Source of the DNA: Dicyema japonicum
Taxonomy: Eukaryota; Animalia; Dicyemida
Assembly: GCA_011109175.1 (NCBI GenBank)
Contig: RDEW01000125.1
Span: forward strand, 6,981-55,463
Length of the DNA: 48,483 nt
Reading direction: 5' to 3'
Shown here: positions 37,650 to 48,483 of the stretch, in pieces
How the letters are laid out: each line of letters begins with the position of its first letter
Position numbering within the stretch: the first letter of the stretch is position 1
Translations under genes and position numbers: made by a program
Notes under the pieces: model-generated
Seen by the model: the letters and a program-made list of their open reading frames with translations, nothing else
Told to the model about the DNA's origin: nothing
Databases searched by the model: none

Positions 37650-37795
37650 GAATGCTCTTTAATTTCTTTTTTTCTTTTGTTGGATGTGAAACCTATTCAG
37701 ACGATCTGGTTTTGCAATAAAGTATTCACTGATGATGACGTCACTCGTCATACTCAAAACATCATAGATGTGTGGAACCTCAACGTGAATGTAGT
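37650..37795 (-). repeat. SINE central-domain copy
   Basis: ttcactgatgatgacgtcactcgtca..gatgtgtggaacct matches the core at 6030 and 32960. Confidence 0.6.
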
Positions 37796-37869
37796 TTCCA
37801 TTTCCTCCTACATACCGATTTCTCTTACTTAACCCGTATTAAAGATTTCGGAAAGAATATTATTAAACC

Positions 37870-38095
37870 TCCGTATTTACAAATCACAAAATGACTTTAG
37901 TTCCTTTCACTCACCGGATCTAGCATGTTTTTTTCTGTATGTTCCGATTTCGCTTCCTACCCGATGATGTTCCTCGTGGATCTGTTATTTCAACTTCACG
38001 TTTAATCTATACCTCAGCGACATTACAAAGACTCAGAAAACGATTTTTCTTTCATACACCGATGACCTTATAATTGCATCCTGGTATAAAAACAT
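37870..38095 (+). mobile_element. LINE RT core fragment
   Basis: 'VPRGSVIS..FNLYLSDI..SYTDDLII' (QGS and YADD motifs, decayed). Confidence 0.7.
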
Positions 38096-38219
38096 TAAAT
38101 TGAACTTACAACTTGAACCAGTTTTATTCTAATAACACATTTTTAGATTTTTTATTTTAATAGTTTTTTTTAATTTTATTGTGATTAATTTAATTTTTTT
38201 AGGCCAATTTATGATGTAA

Positions 38220-39840
38220 CAATAAAATATTATTTATTAACTATGGGGGAGCGTCTGCTGACATCACGGAGTAAACGTTTCCGCGAACAACTGCGATACC
38301 AATTCTTTGCCTCAGCCAGACCGCTTCCCGCACGTCTTTCTTGCGGTGGGCCAATTTTAGAAGAACATCCAGGTTTTCTCTTTCCTTTAGGAAAGAGGCT
38401 GTAATACTTCCTGCCGTACCAGACGTCTCGATTGCTACCGGTACAAAACGGTAGCGGTCTCCAATTTTGCCATATTTATTAATCTTGATTTTCTCGGCCA
38501 GATCGGTTGCCGATCCAGCAGACTGCGCCGATCTGAGTATCATCGAGTTCGAAAAAGAATCCACAACAGTGCAGTCCCATACAAGCGATTTTTCCTCAGT
38601 GAACGGAGAGATAGTTAACCCATCCAGTCTATTCCCATCTCCGCGGTCCAATCTCACAGGCTCCAGTACTGCCGGGAAGCCTGCCGTTTCAAGAGCTCGC
38701 ATGACAATGTTGTTCATAGCAGCATGGCGGGGTGCTCTGCCCGCATTCTTTTTGCACGAGAGCGGGTGCAGCCCTTTGGCATCGAAGATCCCTCCACAGC
38801 GACATTGGTGTTCGAGGCAAACATCAACTCTTAGGCGTTGTGCAATCCCAATCCGAATACAGTCATAGTAAAAGGGTCCCCAGGGAGGAACACGGGAGTG
38901 CATCCAGCCACGCTTCGCTCCCATGGTTGGCGGCGGACACGAGGCATGCAAGACAATGCTGGTTGGCCTCAGACTTTAGCACGTCGAAGATATTCTTGGA
39001 GTAGATATCATCCCAGTCACGTTGCTTCGAAGGATCGTTCGGCATATCCAAACCAGTTTCACACCATTCGCGACGAGCTTCGTCGAAGACTCTTTCCCAA
39101 GAAAGTCCGGTTGTAGAACGTAGGATTTCTTGGACCAAAGGTTCACTCTCTTTTTAAGTTTTTCCGGGCCATTCAAATAAACCGAAGGATTGGAATCAGA
39201 ATGTCTTGATTTCTTGACTTCCGTCTTGGTGAGAGAAAGCACATAGAAAACCTGGATGTTCTTCATTTTTGAAGAAAGGGAGTTCCCAAGTGTCGTGATT
39301 TCCTCTGTATTCTGTTGAACTCCTTTTGAGTCGATAATTGGAATTCCAAGGGCCATCGGAGCAAAACTGAGGAGTTTTAGCCAGGCCTCCAGGTCGTCGG
39401 ACGTGAGAGCATCATCAATTGCAGAGGCCAGGCATGTAGCCGCAGGGATCCGTCCGGGTCTTGGGATCCTGATTGGGATCTTCCTGGCTTTCCTTATATC
39501 CGACAAGAAAAGCAAGAGGTTGTCCATATCATTGAAGTCTAGAGGCTCGTTTGGTTCAACGTGCTCGTTTGGAATGATCCTCTGGGTTTTCCAACCAGTT
39601 CCCATGCAGACACTGCAGTTCCACAGGCAGAGCGAGCACGCAGCCCGCTGAGACATCTTTATGCATCCAAGGTGGAAAAAGTCACGACAAGACGAGCAGA
39701 AAAGTCCATATTTGCGTGCATTGGCAAAACCGCATGTAGAGCATGTAGTGTCCAGTCTCTTGGGTGTAATGTGTGTTGCTCCATTGTATGAACTACGTTC
39801 CATGATGATACAATTACTCACAACAAGACCACACGTGATT
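38220..39840 (-). mobile_element. CRE-like retrotransposon derivative: PHD-containing N-terminus fused to the RLE C-terminus, RT deleted
   Basis: 'CSTC..CSSCRDFFHLGC..WNCSVC' then 'RIPRPGRIPAA'; junction near 39140 into sequence matching 23650; 'RHAAMN..R.DG..WD..ETSG..RGN'. Confidence 0.92.
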
Positions 39841-40367
39841 TATTGAATTTAATTAAAAGAAAAACTTTTTACTAATATAGTTTTTTGGTTCATTCAACAT
39901 TCTCATTTAGAATGTGAATGATATAGATGTCTCTATACACATCGAAATCCTCAATAACAATATTTACAACAGAATGGAGATTTTATTTACAATTTTAATA
40001 AATAGATTAATATACAAAGAATTATGAGAAAATTAACGAGTAAATTAACTAATTAAAGGGATTTTAATCCAGAATGCTGATAATCCCCTTTCTGTTTCAT
40101 TAACGAATTCCATTAATACGATTATACAATTTAGTCATCTTATAGACATCAAAATAATTTTAAAGTAAATTTGTTCAACAGTAAAAACGAATTAGACACA
40201 GCTGATAAGAAACAGTGAGCTTTGCCGCGGAAGATTTCAAGGCGTTAAAAAAGTATCGTAAATCTCTTAGCTGCCGAATAGGAATACATTTTTACTAAGA
40301 CAAAAGTAAAGAAAAGCATTGGTATTTCAAACATTTACATTAAAATTGGTCACGTAGATATATAAAT

Positions 40368-40746
40368 TCACTTGACCCTCGCAAATAGATAATTTTTGGT
40401 TTCTTAGAATTTGTGCCATTTTGAAAAAATAAAATCAATCAATTTGAAGAGCAATTTTTTGAGAAAATGCCTTTAAATAAACAAAAAAATTAAGTTTTAT
40501 TAAAATAATATTTAATACCTAACTGTTTTTTCTTCGCTTCAATAAGAAAAACTTCTGATCTACTCATCGGATACGTCTTCCTAAGCCATTTTTGTAAAAA
40601 AAATCCGTATCTTTTAAACTCAATTTTTTATTTTTTTCAATTTGTATTAAAAAATTAAAATTAATAACGAAAATAAGATTTTTTTAGAAAAAAATTTCAA
40701 AATGTAGCCAATTTAAAGATTGGCAAATTTGCGAGGGTCGGCTGTA
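40368..40746. mobile_element. Tc1/pogo-type MITE
   Basis: Inverted repeat gaccctcgcaaat (40374-40386) / atttgcgagggtc (40727-40739); right end finishes ..gctg-ta. Confidence 0.6.
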
Positions 40747-41004
40747 CTTAAATTTCTGGGTTAAATGTTATTTTTATATTTTTAAAGTTATCCGAGTTTT
40801 TTTCTCTTCGAACAAAAGAATTTTAATTTCATACAACTATTTTGTTTCCTTTCCATCGGAATGTGCTAAAAGAATATTGAAAATTTCTCTCGAAGAAAAA
40901 AAATGGATCCTATGCTTGCTACCCCTTCGTTTTGGAGGAATTTGGTCCCTCTTACGATTGATTCTAACTTCTTGCCTTTTCTTTCATCAGTTAACGCTTC
41001 TACC

Positions 41005-41062
41005 TGTCTAGGCAGAAATCACACTTTATTTAAGAAGAAAACAGGCATGATATCTAATCCGA
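41005..41062 (-). repeat. SINE 3' fragment
   Basis: taggcagaa..cac..tttatttaag..aacag as in 32823-32880. Confidence 0.5.
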
Positions 41063-41064
41063 TT

Positions 41065-41400
41065 ATTCCAAGTTAATGTTCTTGGGTTTTCATTCTTTTT
41101 TGATTATATGGTGCAGCATCGGATAGTAACAACAACAAATTTTCTCGTTCTACCTGTATATTTTAAACAAAATCCATGACAAATGATTGAGGACGATAGA
41201 GTGGATCGAGAATTTTGTACTCAACAAGATCATAATCCTACGGATTCTTATACTTCCAATCAATCATAATAAAGATTTTCCCATTGTTCTCTAACTTCAG
41301 ATTCATCTATTAAAACCTTATTTCCCTATTTCATGATTTAAAAGTGATTCCACAACGTTTCTGCAAGTAGACTCAGATGTAACAATGACATTCAGTAGAT
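41065..41400 (-). mobile_element. hAT-like transposase fragment
   Basis: 'LIDES' and 'LLLLLSDAAPY' motifs. Confidence 0.5.
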
Positions 41401-42189
41401 TAAAAATGAGTTGACGCCTGACAAATTTAGTTTATACAAGTAAATTATATATTTTCTTGTTAATGTTAATTTTGATGGTTTTCCACTCAGCATAACAAGG
41501 AATAGTAATCTCCACGTGGTTGAAAAGTACTTCACAGTCGAGGCGAAAATGTTTTGTGATGGATTCATCCAACTGGAAAGGACTTCCGCGAGCTAACGTT
41601 AAGACCTAAGAGGTATATATTTTCTGTCAGTCTACTGAATATCTCCCAGCCTCGTCTATTGAATTCAGTCCAGATTAAACTCATACTTCCAATCCGTCGT
41701 CGATAAACTTGCCTTCCAAATCCATCTGTAGTTCTTGAATCTCTTTATTTCCGTCTGTTTCATTTAAACTCATAGTAATCCTCTCAAGCATAAAACGATT
41801 GAATTTTGGTAGTTTGAAAAACCGTCATTCACTTTCCATGTAGGAATTCCTATTAGTGAGGAGAAGCTGAATAAATAAAATCTGTTATAGTATGTCGAGT
41901 CCAACCTCAGTACGTGTCCAAAAAGTCTCCAACGAGAGCTAATGATCTCGAGACTTATTGGTGTACAGTCACACTTATTGTACAGTCTTTACCGCGATGA
42001 CCAGGACATTTCAGTTATGGTTCTTAGATGATTCCTGTGAAACGAGTCTCGCCTCTTTAATTTTTTTTTGAGGTGGCTCAGGTCCCAGAGTTGTATAGGA
42101 GGATTGGTTATAAAATTTTTCCATAAACCTGTTTCTATAACATAATTTTAAATATTGAGATTGATAGTTCAGTTTGATTGTAGATTCTA

Positions 42190-42780
42190 ATTATTTGACT
42201 TTATTTTTAGACTTTTCACTCATGAATGTATGGGACCATTACTAAGTTGTGTTGACATTTCGAGTCACCTTAAAAATGCCAGATGAAGCTTAAAATGGCA
42301 GACTGGAAAACTTTGTAAATAGCTTTATAGATAGGTGAAAAATCCGATTACACTACAACTAAAAAAGAATTGGAGACCTCAAACCTGTGAGAGGGATTTA
42401 CAGGGGGATAGTACGCTATTCTTTGTTCTGTATATCGAACCGTTAAATAGATCACTTAACTTGAGTTAGCACAAACTTACGTCAAATGGCTCTTGTGCAG
42501 AAAAAAGATTTCGGTCGGAGGCGCTTATGACTTTCTTACAGAACAAAAAGTTTTTCTGTAGAAATTAGAGTGTCCTTACTACAAACAATGTAACATTTAG
42601 CCAATAAGTGCGTTAGTATTCTCAACGACACTATTTGTGGAGTCATAATGTGCTTTTTGAGATTTTTTGTGTGACAAGTATGGAATATCATCCGAAAAGA
42701 TACTGACTCATAGAGTGGAGTCTTTTATAGGGAATGCAAAAATTTCAGTAAAGATGGACTAAGTAATCTCGTTTTAAGGA
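42190..42780 (+). mobile_element. NeSL/HERO-like RLE retrotransposon, internally deleted
   Basis: 'RGI..GDS..LFFVLYIEPLNRSLN' RT motif followed within ~200 bp by an 'RH..ICG...KYGI...THRV' zinc-knuckle-adjacent motif. Confidence 0.6.
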
Positions 42781-42849
42781 AAAAAAACAGTGATTATTTA
42801 GATTGATTTTGTCTTGATCTAAGATGATTGAATCATATGCCGTGGGATC

Positions 42850-43540
42850 TACCTGACTCGGAAGACGGCAGTGCTTAATCGACATCCAAATAGGATCCCT
42901 TTCTTCTTTACTCAAGGAGGTTCCAACAAAGGTGGATATAGATACGCGTATTTTTTAAGACCGATCTTCTTCCATCAGAAAATTCAACCTATAGATAAAT
43001 TTAAAAATACCTTCGGTGCATTTCCCTTTTTGTATCACAACAAAATATCCCGAAGCGCGTTTGGATATCCTATTACCATACGATGGATAGCGTTTGCATC
43101 ACTAGTCATTTTAGAGGAGGGCGGCTGCCCTCTCCCATGTAGCACCTTCTCCGTAGCCTTTTGATACAGGGGGCATCTTGAATGACTCGACCTGTGTCCT
43201 TCCTCACCACAGTTCACGCACTTGAGAGACATGACTTTTGATTGGCAGGCCTTCAGTAAATTTGGACTCTCGCAATTCAGATCCTCTCTGCCTCTGCTCC
43301 AGAGCGAAGCCAGACCTTCATGGTTCAGAGTCTCCTTCCCCGTTAATGAAATCCATCTTGATGTGTTAGTTTGACCTCAGCTTCGAAAGCTGGAGCGTCG
43401 TCCTCATTCCGGAATCATAGCAACAAGAGGGATTCTCCGCGTTTGATAACTCTTCCTTTGGCATAGGTAGCAAGAGTAACCTATGCCGCACAAAAGGTTA
43501 ACGACTCTCACCTTCGGCACTTCTAATCAACAAGTGTAGT
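42850..43540 (-). mobile_element. LINE ORF1 (gag-like zinc knuckle) remnant
   Basis: 'KCVNCGEEGHRSSHSRCP' CCHC knuckle typical of Jockey/I-group ORF1. Confidence 0.65.
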
Positions 43541-44224
43541 TAGTCCCACTACAACAGTTTGTATTAATTTTTTTATTTAGAATTAATGAATTAGTTATAT
43601 GTTATTCTTATAATAGATATAAAAAAGTCATACTATGTAGTATATTTCTGGTTACCATAAAAACACGTAAAATTAGGTTGCCCATAGGCTTCAGGTTGCT
43701 CATTTGACACAATATCTCCAATAAGTCTATTTTAGAATGCCTATTTGAAAGTTCGCAAACAATCAGTTTTCATTCCAGATAACGAACAACATCATAAACT
43801 TCCGTATTTAGTTGGTACCCATTTACCATGGTACCATAGTAGTCTTCACATAAAATTTCTTAATCGGACTTCCCTTAAAGATTTCAAATAATTGAAATTT
43901 TATACAGATCTGACTATATTTCCTTACATATTCCATTTTTTTTGATTTTTTGTTTAACTACTTGTCATACTCCTTCTAAATTTTTAGGACAAAATTAAGA
44001 ATTGTCACACTAATTTTCCCCATTTTTGGGTTTATTACAAACTAAAATTTATTATTACTATTAAAATGATAAATTTTCAAAAAATTGAAATATTCCCCAT
44101 TGACACTGAATTGATGATAACTGTTATCCTCCCATTATGTAATCCTAAGAGTGGTCAAAGTATAACTTTTATAATTGATTGTTTTTTAAACTAAATTGTA
44201 GTTATTAAATTAAATTGTATTTTA

Positions 44225-44760
44225 ATTCTCACAAATGCCGGTGTGGCGCCGCCGTCGATTGTTATTGTCACCATGGCCTCTGGTGTTAAAGAAGTGCACG
44301 ATTCCATGACACAAGGCGATCAACGGAATTGTCAAACGAGCCCTGGAGTCTACGGGGTACACTGCCATACTTGAACCTGTTGGCATGGACAGAGGAGACG
44401 AAAAACGTCCCGACGGGATCACAATTTTCCCATTTGAAAAGAAGAAACCTTTGGTCTGGGACGCTACTTGTGTCGACCCACATTGCCCGTCCAATGTTGT
44501 CGGGAGCGTGGTAGACACACTGTATGCAGCGGGAAAAAACGATGAGGGCAAAGGAAAAGGAATATGTCCAGTTTGTTCCCCTTGCTATGGAGACTTCCAA
44601 TCCTACTTCCCCTCTACACTAGAGATTTTCAGACGTCTTGGAAACCGAATCACCTCATGCACTGGAGATCTCCGCGACGCCGTTAACTGTTTAAGCGAAT
44701 TTCTCTCGAAACTCTAAGAGGGAACAGCCACGCAGTGAGGGCTGCAGATAATTAATGTTT
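44225..44760 (+). mobile_element. CRE-like 3' end (RLE), distinct family
   Basis: 'HKCRCG..H.L.C', 'ILEPVGMDRGDEKRPDGITIFPF..LVWDATCVD', 'RGNSHAV'. Confidence 0.88.
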
Positions 44761-45779
44761 TGTCCATTTTTGCTTATAAATAAATACAGAAATTAAAAAA
44801 ATTAAAATTATTTCCAAAGACCAAGGGTAACCAATCTGACAAACTTCTCGATCCTGAATCATTCTAGCATTACAGAACTTGTCACCAGGTAACAAAGTTA
44901 TTCCCGGGGAAAAATTGTTGGATCCTCTAGATGCCGGCCAAACATTGGCGCCTCCTCAGTAAAGTGATAATACATCCTCGGATAAATTAATTTTAATAAT
45001 TAATCAATAAAATTAATTAATTAATAAAATTTAATTTAAAAATTTAAACGTTAACAAATGTGTCTAGTGCGGTTAACTCTGGTGTTATTATATCATTAAC
45101 TGTAGAAAAATTAATGAAATTAAAGGAAATCAGTAATAACTTTGACTCAGGAGGAGACATTAGTCCACTTGACAAATTTCAGCTTAAGAAACTTTCTAAA
45201 AAATAAATTTTCAACAAGGATATTCGTATATTTTAGGCAGTAATAAAAAGCTACGATTTTTTGTGAAGAACGCGAATTAACGTCAAAACAATAGAAATAT
45301 ACCTTAAATTTACAATTTATTAGTCAGAACATAATTATATTCACATCGATCGAAAGCTACTATTTTCAAATTGAACATGTTTATTACATATTTTGCAGGG
45401 TTTGACTGGGACACTTTTCTCAAATTGTGTATTTTGTCAGGTATTTTTTTTGTTTTTATTTACACAGGCAAAAAAATTAGTGCAATGAAATTGCATATAA
45501 CACCGATGTTAGCTAGAAGGTCAAGGATCGTTATATTTCTGACACTATAGGCCTAAGGAGATAGCCAGAAATAAATATTTGATATTCACAATAATGATTT
45601 TGATTTTAAAGTTTAGATTTTGCTCATCGTGGACTATCTAAAAAATATGTTATGGCTGAGTTGACTAAAAATAAACGAGCAGAATAAATTGTAGCCATCT
45701 TCCAAAATATGTTTTTTATGTCGAATCGCCATTGATTTACATACAGATAATGGTAAGGAATTTTAAAATTCATTAATGG

Positions 45780-46150
45780 AGGATTTATGATGACAGACGC
45801 TAATACGACCATACTAAAACCTGGAGAAGAAGCGTCTTTTAGACCAGATAACTAATATGTTATATGTCAAAAATCCTGGAGATTCCAATATCTCCAGTTC
45901 TGCCTACCCTTTTTTCGTCGATCTCCCGATTATGGATATGATAATAATTTTTACTCTCTTATACGTATAATATTAATATGGCTCACAAGATCGTGACATC
46001 CAGAAGGCCACAGAATGAAACAAGTTAACCTGGACAGACTTATTGCCAAGATAACAGAAAACCTGAGCATGGTGAATGCTGAGTAGTCGTTTACTTCCCT
46101 TTTTACTATTGACAAAATTGGGAAGGAAGACAGTCCTCTTGAAAACTAAA
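45780..46150 (+). mobile_element. Ingi/I-group LINE RT remnant, internally deleted
   Basis: 'PILKPGE..SFRP' then 'NLDRL..VNAE.S.TSLFT', homologous to 36900-37080. Confidence 0.65.
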
Positions 46151-46760
46151 ACACCAATATTAGAAGGATTATTTGTTAGAACTTTGCTAAAATACTGTGT
46201 GTTTAAGTGAAGATGGGATTAGATTTTACTATGCTAATTACTCTGTGGTCAATGTATGGGACTTGGGGGTGGTTAGAGTAATGGTATTTTTAGGAGAGAA
46301 CTACTTCCAGTGAAGTATGAATGTGATTCCTGTGTGGATAGGATAATTGAGAGTGAGACTGCGAAGGGGTCATTTGCTGTTTGTTGCTTTGAAAAAGTGT
46401 TCTATAATGGTTATGATGTGTGTGGTATGTTAGTGCTTCCAAGTGAGTTTTTCATGTACTATTCTCTCTTCCTTTATATTTGAATCTTCTATAATGGATA
46501 GAATAGATGATATGTCTGTGCAAGGAGGAATGCTGATTAATGTTGGTTCTAATGTTTCTGTGTTTGTGTGGGATATTGTTGAGAGACGGATTAGACATGT
46601 TTATGTGTTTGTTACTTTAGATGAATTTGTTGACTCGGAAGAAATATGACAGCAGTTAAATATATTCCATTTATGGATAACACCTATGTCATTGGCTGTA
46701 GAGACGGTGTTGTCCATTTATGGAATGATGATACCTTTCAATGTGATGATTCTATAAGAT
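46150..46760 (-). mobile_element. Very decayed LINE ORF remnant
   Basis: A/C-rich coding-like strand with weak endonuclease-linker-RT motif remnants. Confidence 0.3.
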
Positions 46761-48483
46761 TGGTGATTGTACTATACAGTCGTTTGCTTCTAATTCAAAT
46801 TGTCTCTTTGTCGGAGAAATGTTAAAGACCGTTTCTTTTTTTTGCGAGACCATGGAATCCAGGGTTTACGGAATGTCTTTATTTCATACAAACTCGATAA
46901 ATTTCCATTCCACATCGTTATCATGACAACATATGTTGTTTTTTACAGTTTTTCCCCTCTCTAAACATTTTAGATTCGCCAATGGATAGATATTCCAAAG
47001 TGGAAATAAGAGATTAACTCAGTCTTGTGTTTTATGATGGACTTCAAAGACTCTGAATTGAATGAGTTGAGCCAACTTTGACTTCCTGATCTACTTACCT
47101 GGATGTTTACCGAGTTTGGGTACCCAGAAAAGCATCCACTTTTTGATCCTATCGTCTTCTAGTTTGTTCTACGGTGCCTCAGCACTAATTCTCTTAATAT
47201 AAGATATGCTGAGGTAGTATTTATCTCAGTTAGTCAGTTTATAATTCATAGTTTATGCTAGTGATCATATCGGACCAATCTTGTCAATTGAACTCGTTTG
47301 ATTACATGTTTGATTTAATCTTACTCGCAGAGTTGGAAATTTAACTGGGAATTGGATAATTGACTATTATTTGGTTGAAATTATGTTTACACAGGATTCA
47401 CACCCTCAGGTTGTCCACATGCAATATTCTTGTTAATTAAAACAGTTTTTTCCCACTTTAATTTTTTTGTCAGCTTCTGGCAGACTCACTGTGGCTCATA
47501 TAGACTGCATTTTTGACTCTATTAAAGTAATATATGACTCTATCTAGCTATTTGGAAAAGAAATTTGCCATATTTTGTCAGTGACAAATTTTTTCCTATG
47601 AATCTTTAAAATCATCTTTTCAATCGTTTTATGCTTCTGGATCTGACTTTGCTAAATGAACAGGTGAAATTTTTTTAATTTGGCAGTGTCGTAGTTGCCG
47701 CTTCTATTTTGGCTGAAATATGGGACAACATTCTTCGACCTTTCAGATGTTCTAAAGATGTTTACTTTACATTTAATTTGACATTATAGAATAAACTCTA
47801 AAAGAAGGTCTAAGGGACTATTCCTTAACGCGAATAAAATATGTAGGGCATTCGAATCTTGCTCAACTACTGACAGGACAAATGAACGTGTGTATAGTTC
47901 AAAGGAAAACGATCCTGTGAATTCTGAAGGACGAATCACTCATTCAAGATGTGAGAAATATTAAAAAATATCCCAGCAATAACTATGCTATATATTAAAG
48001 GCTGTGTGGGAAAAATTTCAAGATTATCATAGAATTGGTTAACTTATTCGAGTCTTGGATGCAAGAGGCTGTGAAGCGCTTTGAATCAATTGAGACTACC
48101 TATTATGACAGGCAGTCTTGCTAGTGTGTGGCATTTTTCTCTTTCTTATACAAAGTCCTGACAGACTATTTGTTACCTTGCGTCCACTCTACAGCAGTAT
48201 GTTGTTTATATTTTTGCTAAATATTTTATTTATTATTTTTAATTATTATTTAGTAATATATTATGTTTATATATAACAATGTAAAGAAAATATTTTATGG
48301 GGAAATTTTAAACAGGATAGTCTCATTGGTATGACATGTTTAATTATTCCATAGGACTGTTCTCATGTGAGCAAAGAACTGAGGAGTTTGTCTCAATAGA
48401 ATGTCAGGTGTCCAATGTGAATAATCTCTATGTACTATCTTACACTAATATTAGGAATCATTGGATAAGTTCAGAGAACGATA

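Overview
AT-rich eukaryotic DNA in which I found no intact protein-coding gene. The window is a mosaic of roughly 0.3-1.7 kb blocks of decayed, internally deleted mobile elements and host-gene remnants, separated by recurrent short, nearly pure A/T islands. Retroelement content: several families of CRE-like non-LTR retrotransposons with a restriction-like endonuclease and an N-terminal PHD finger; Ingi/I-group LINE fragments, one with an HDV-ribozyme-like 5' fold and a 2A-like motif; short non-autonomous derivatives carrying the same fold; RTE, NeSL-like and Penelope-like remnants; and a tRNA-derived SINE family. DNA-transposon content: two Buster/Charlie hAT derivatives and MITEs. Host content: unprocessed pseudogenes of beta-tubulin and XPD/ERCC2 with 21-30 nt introns. 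The miniature introns at apparently animal-conserved positions suggest a dicyemid-like animal (inference only). All calls come from reading and translating by eye; boundaries without a TSD or TIR are approximate.
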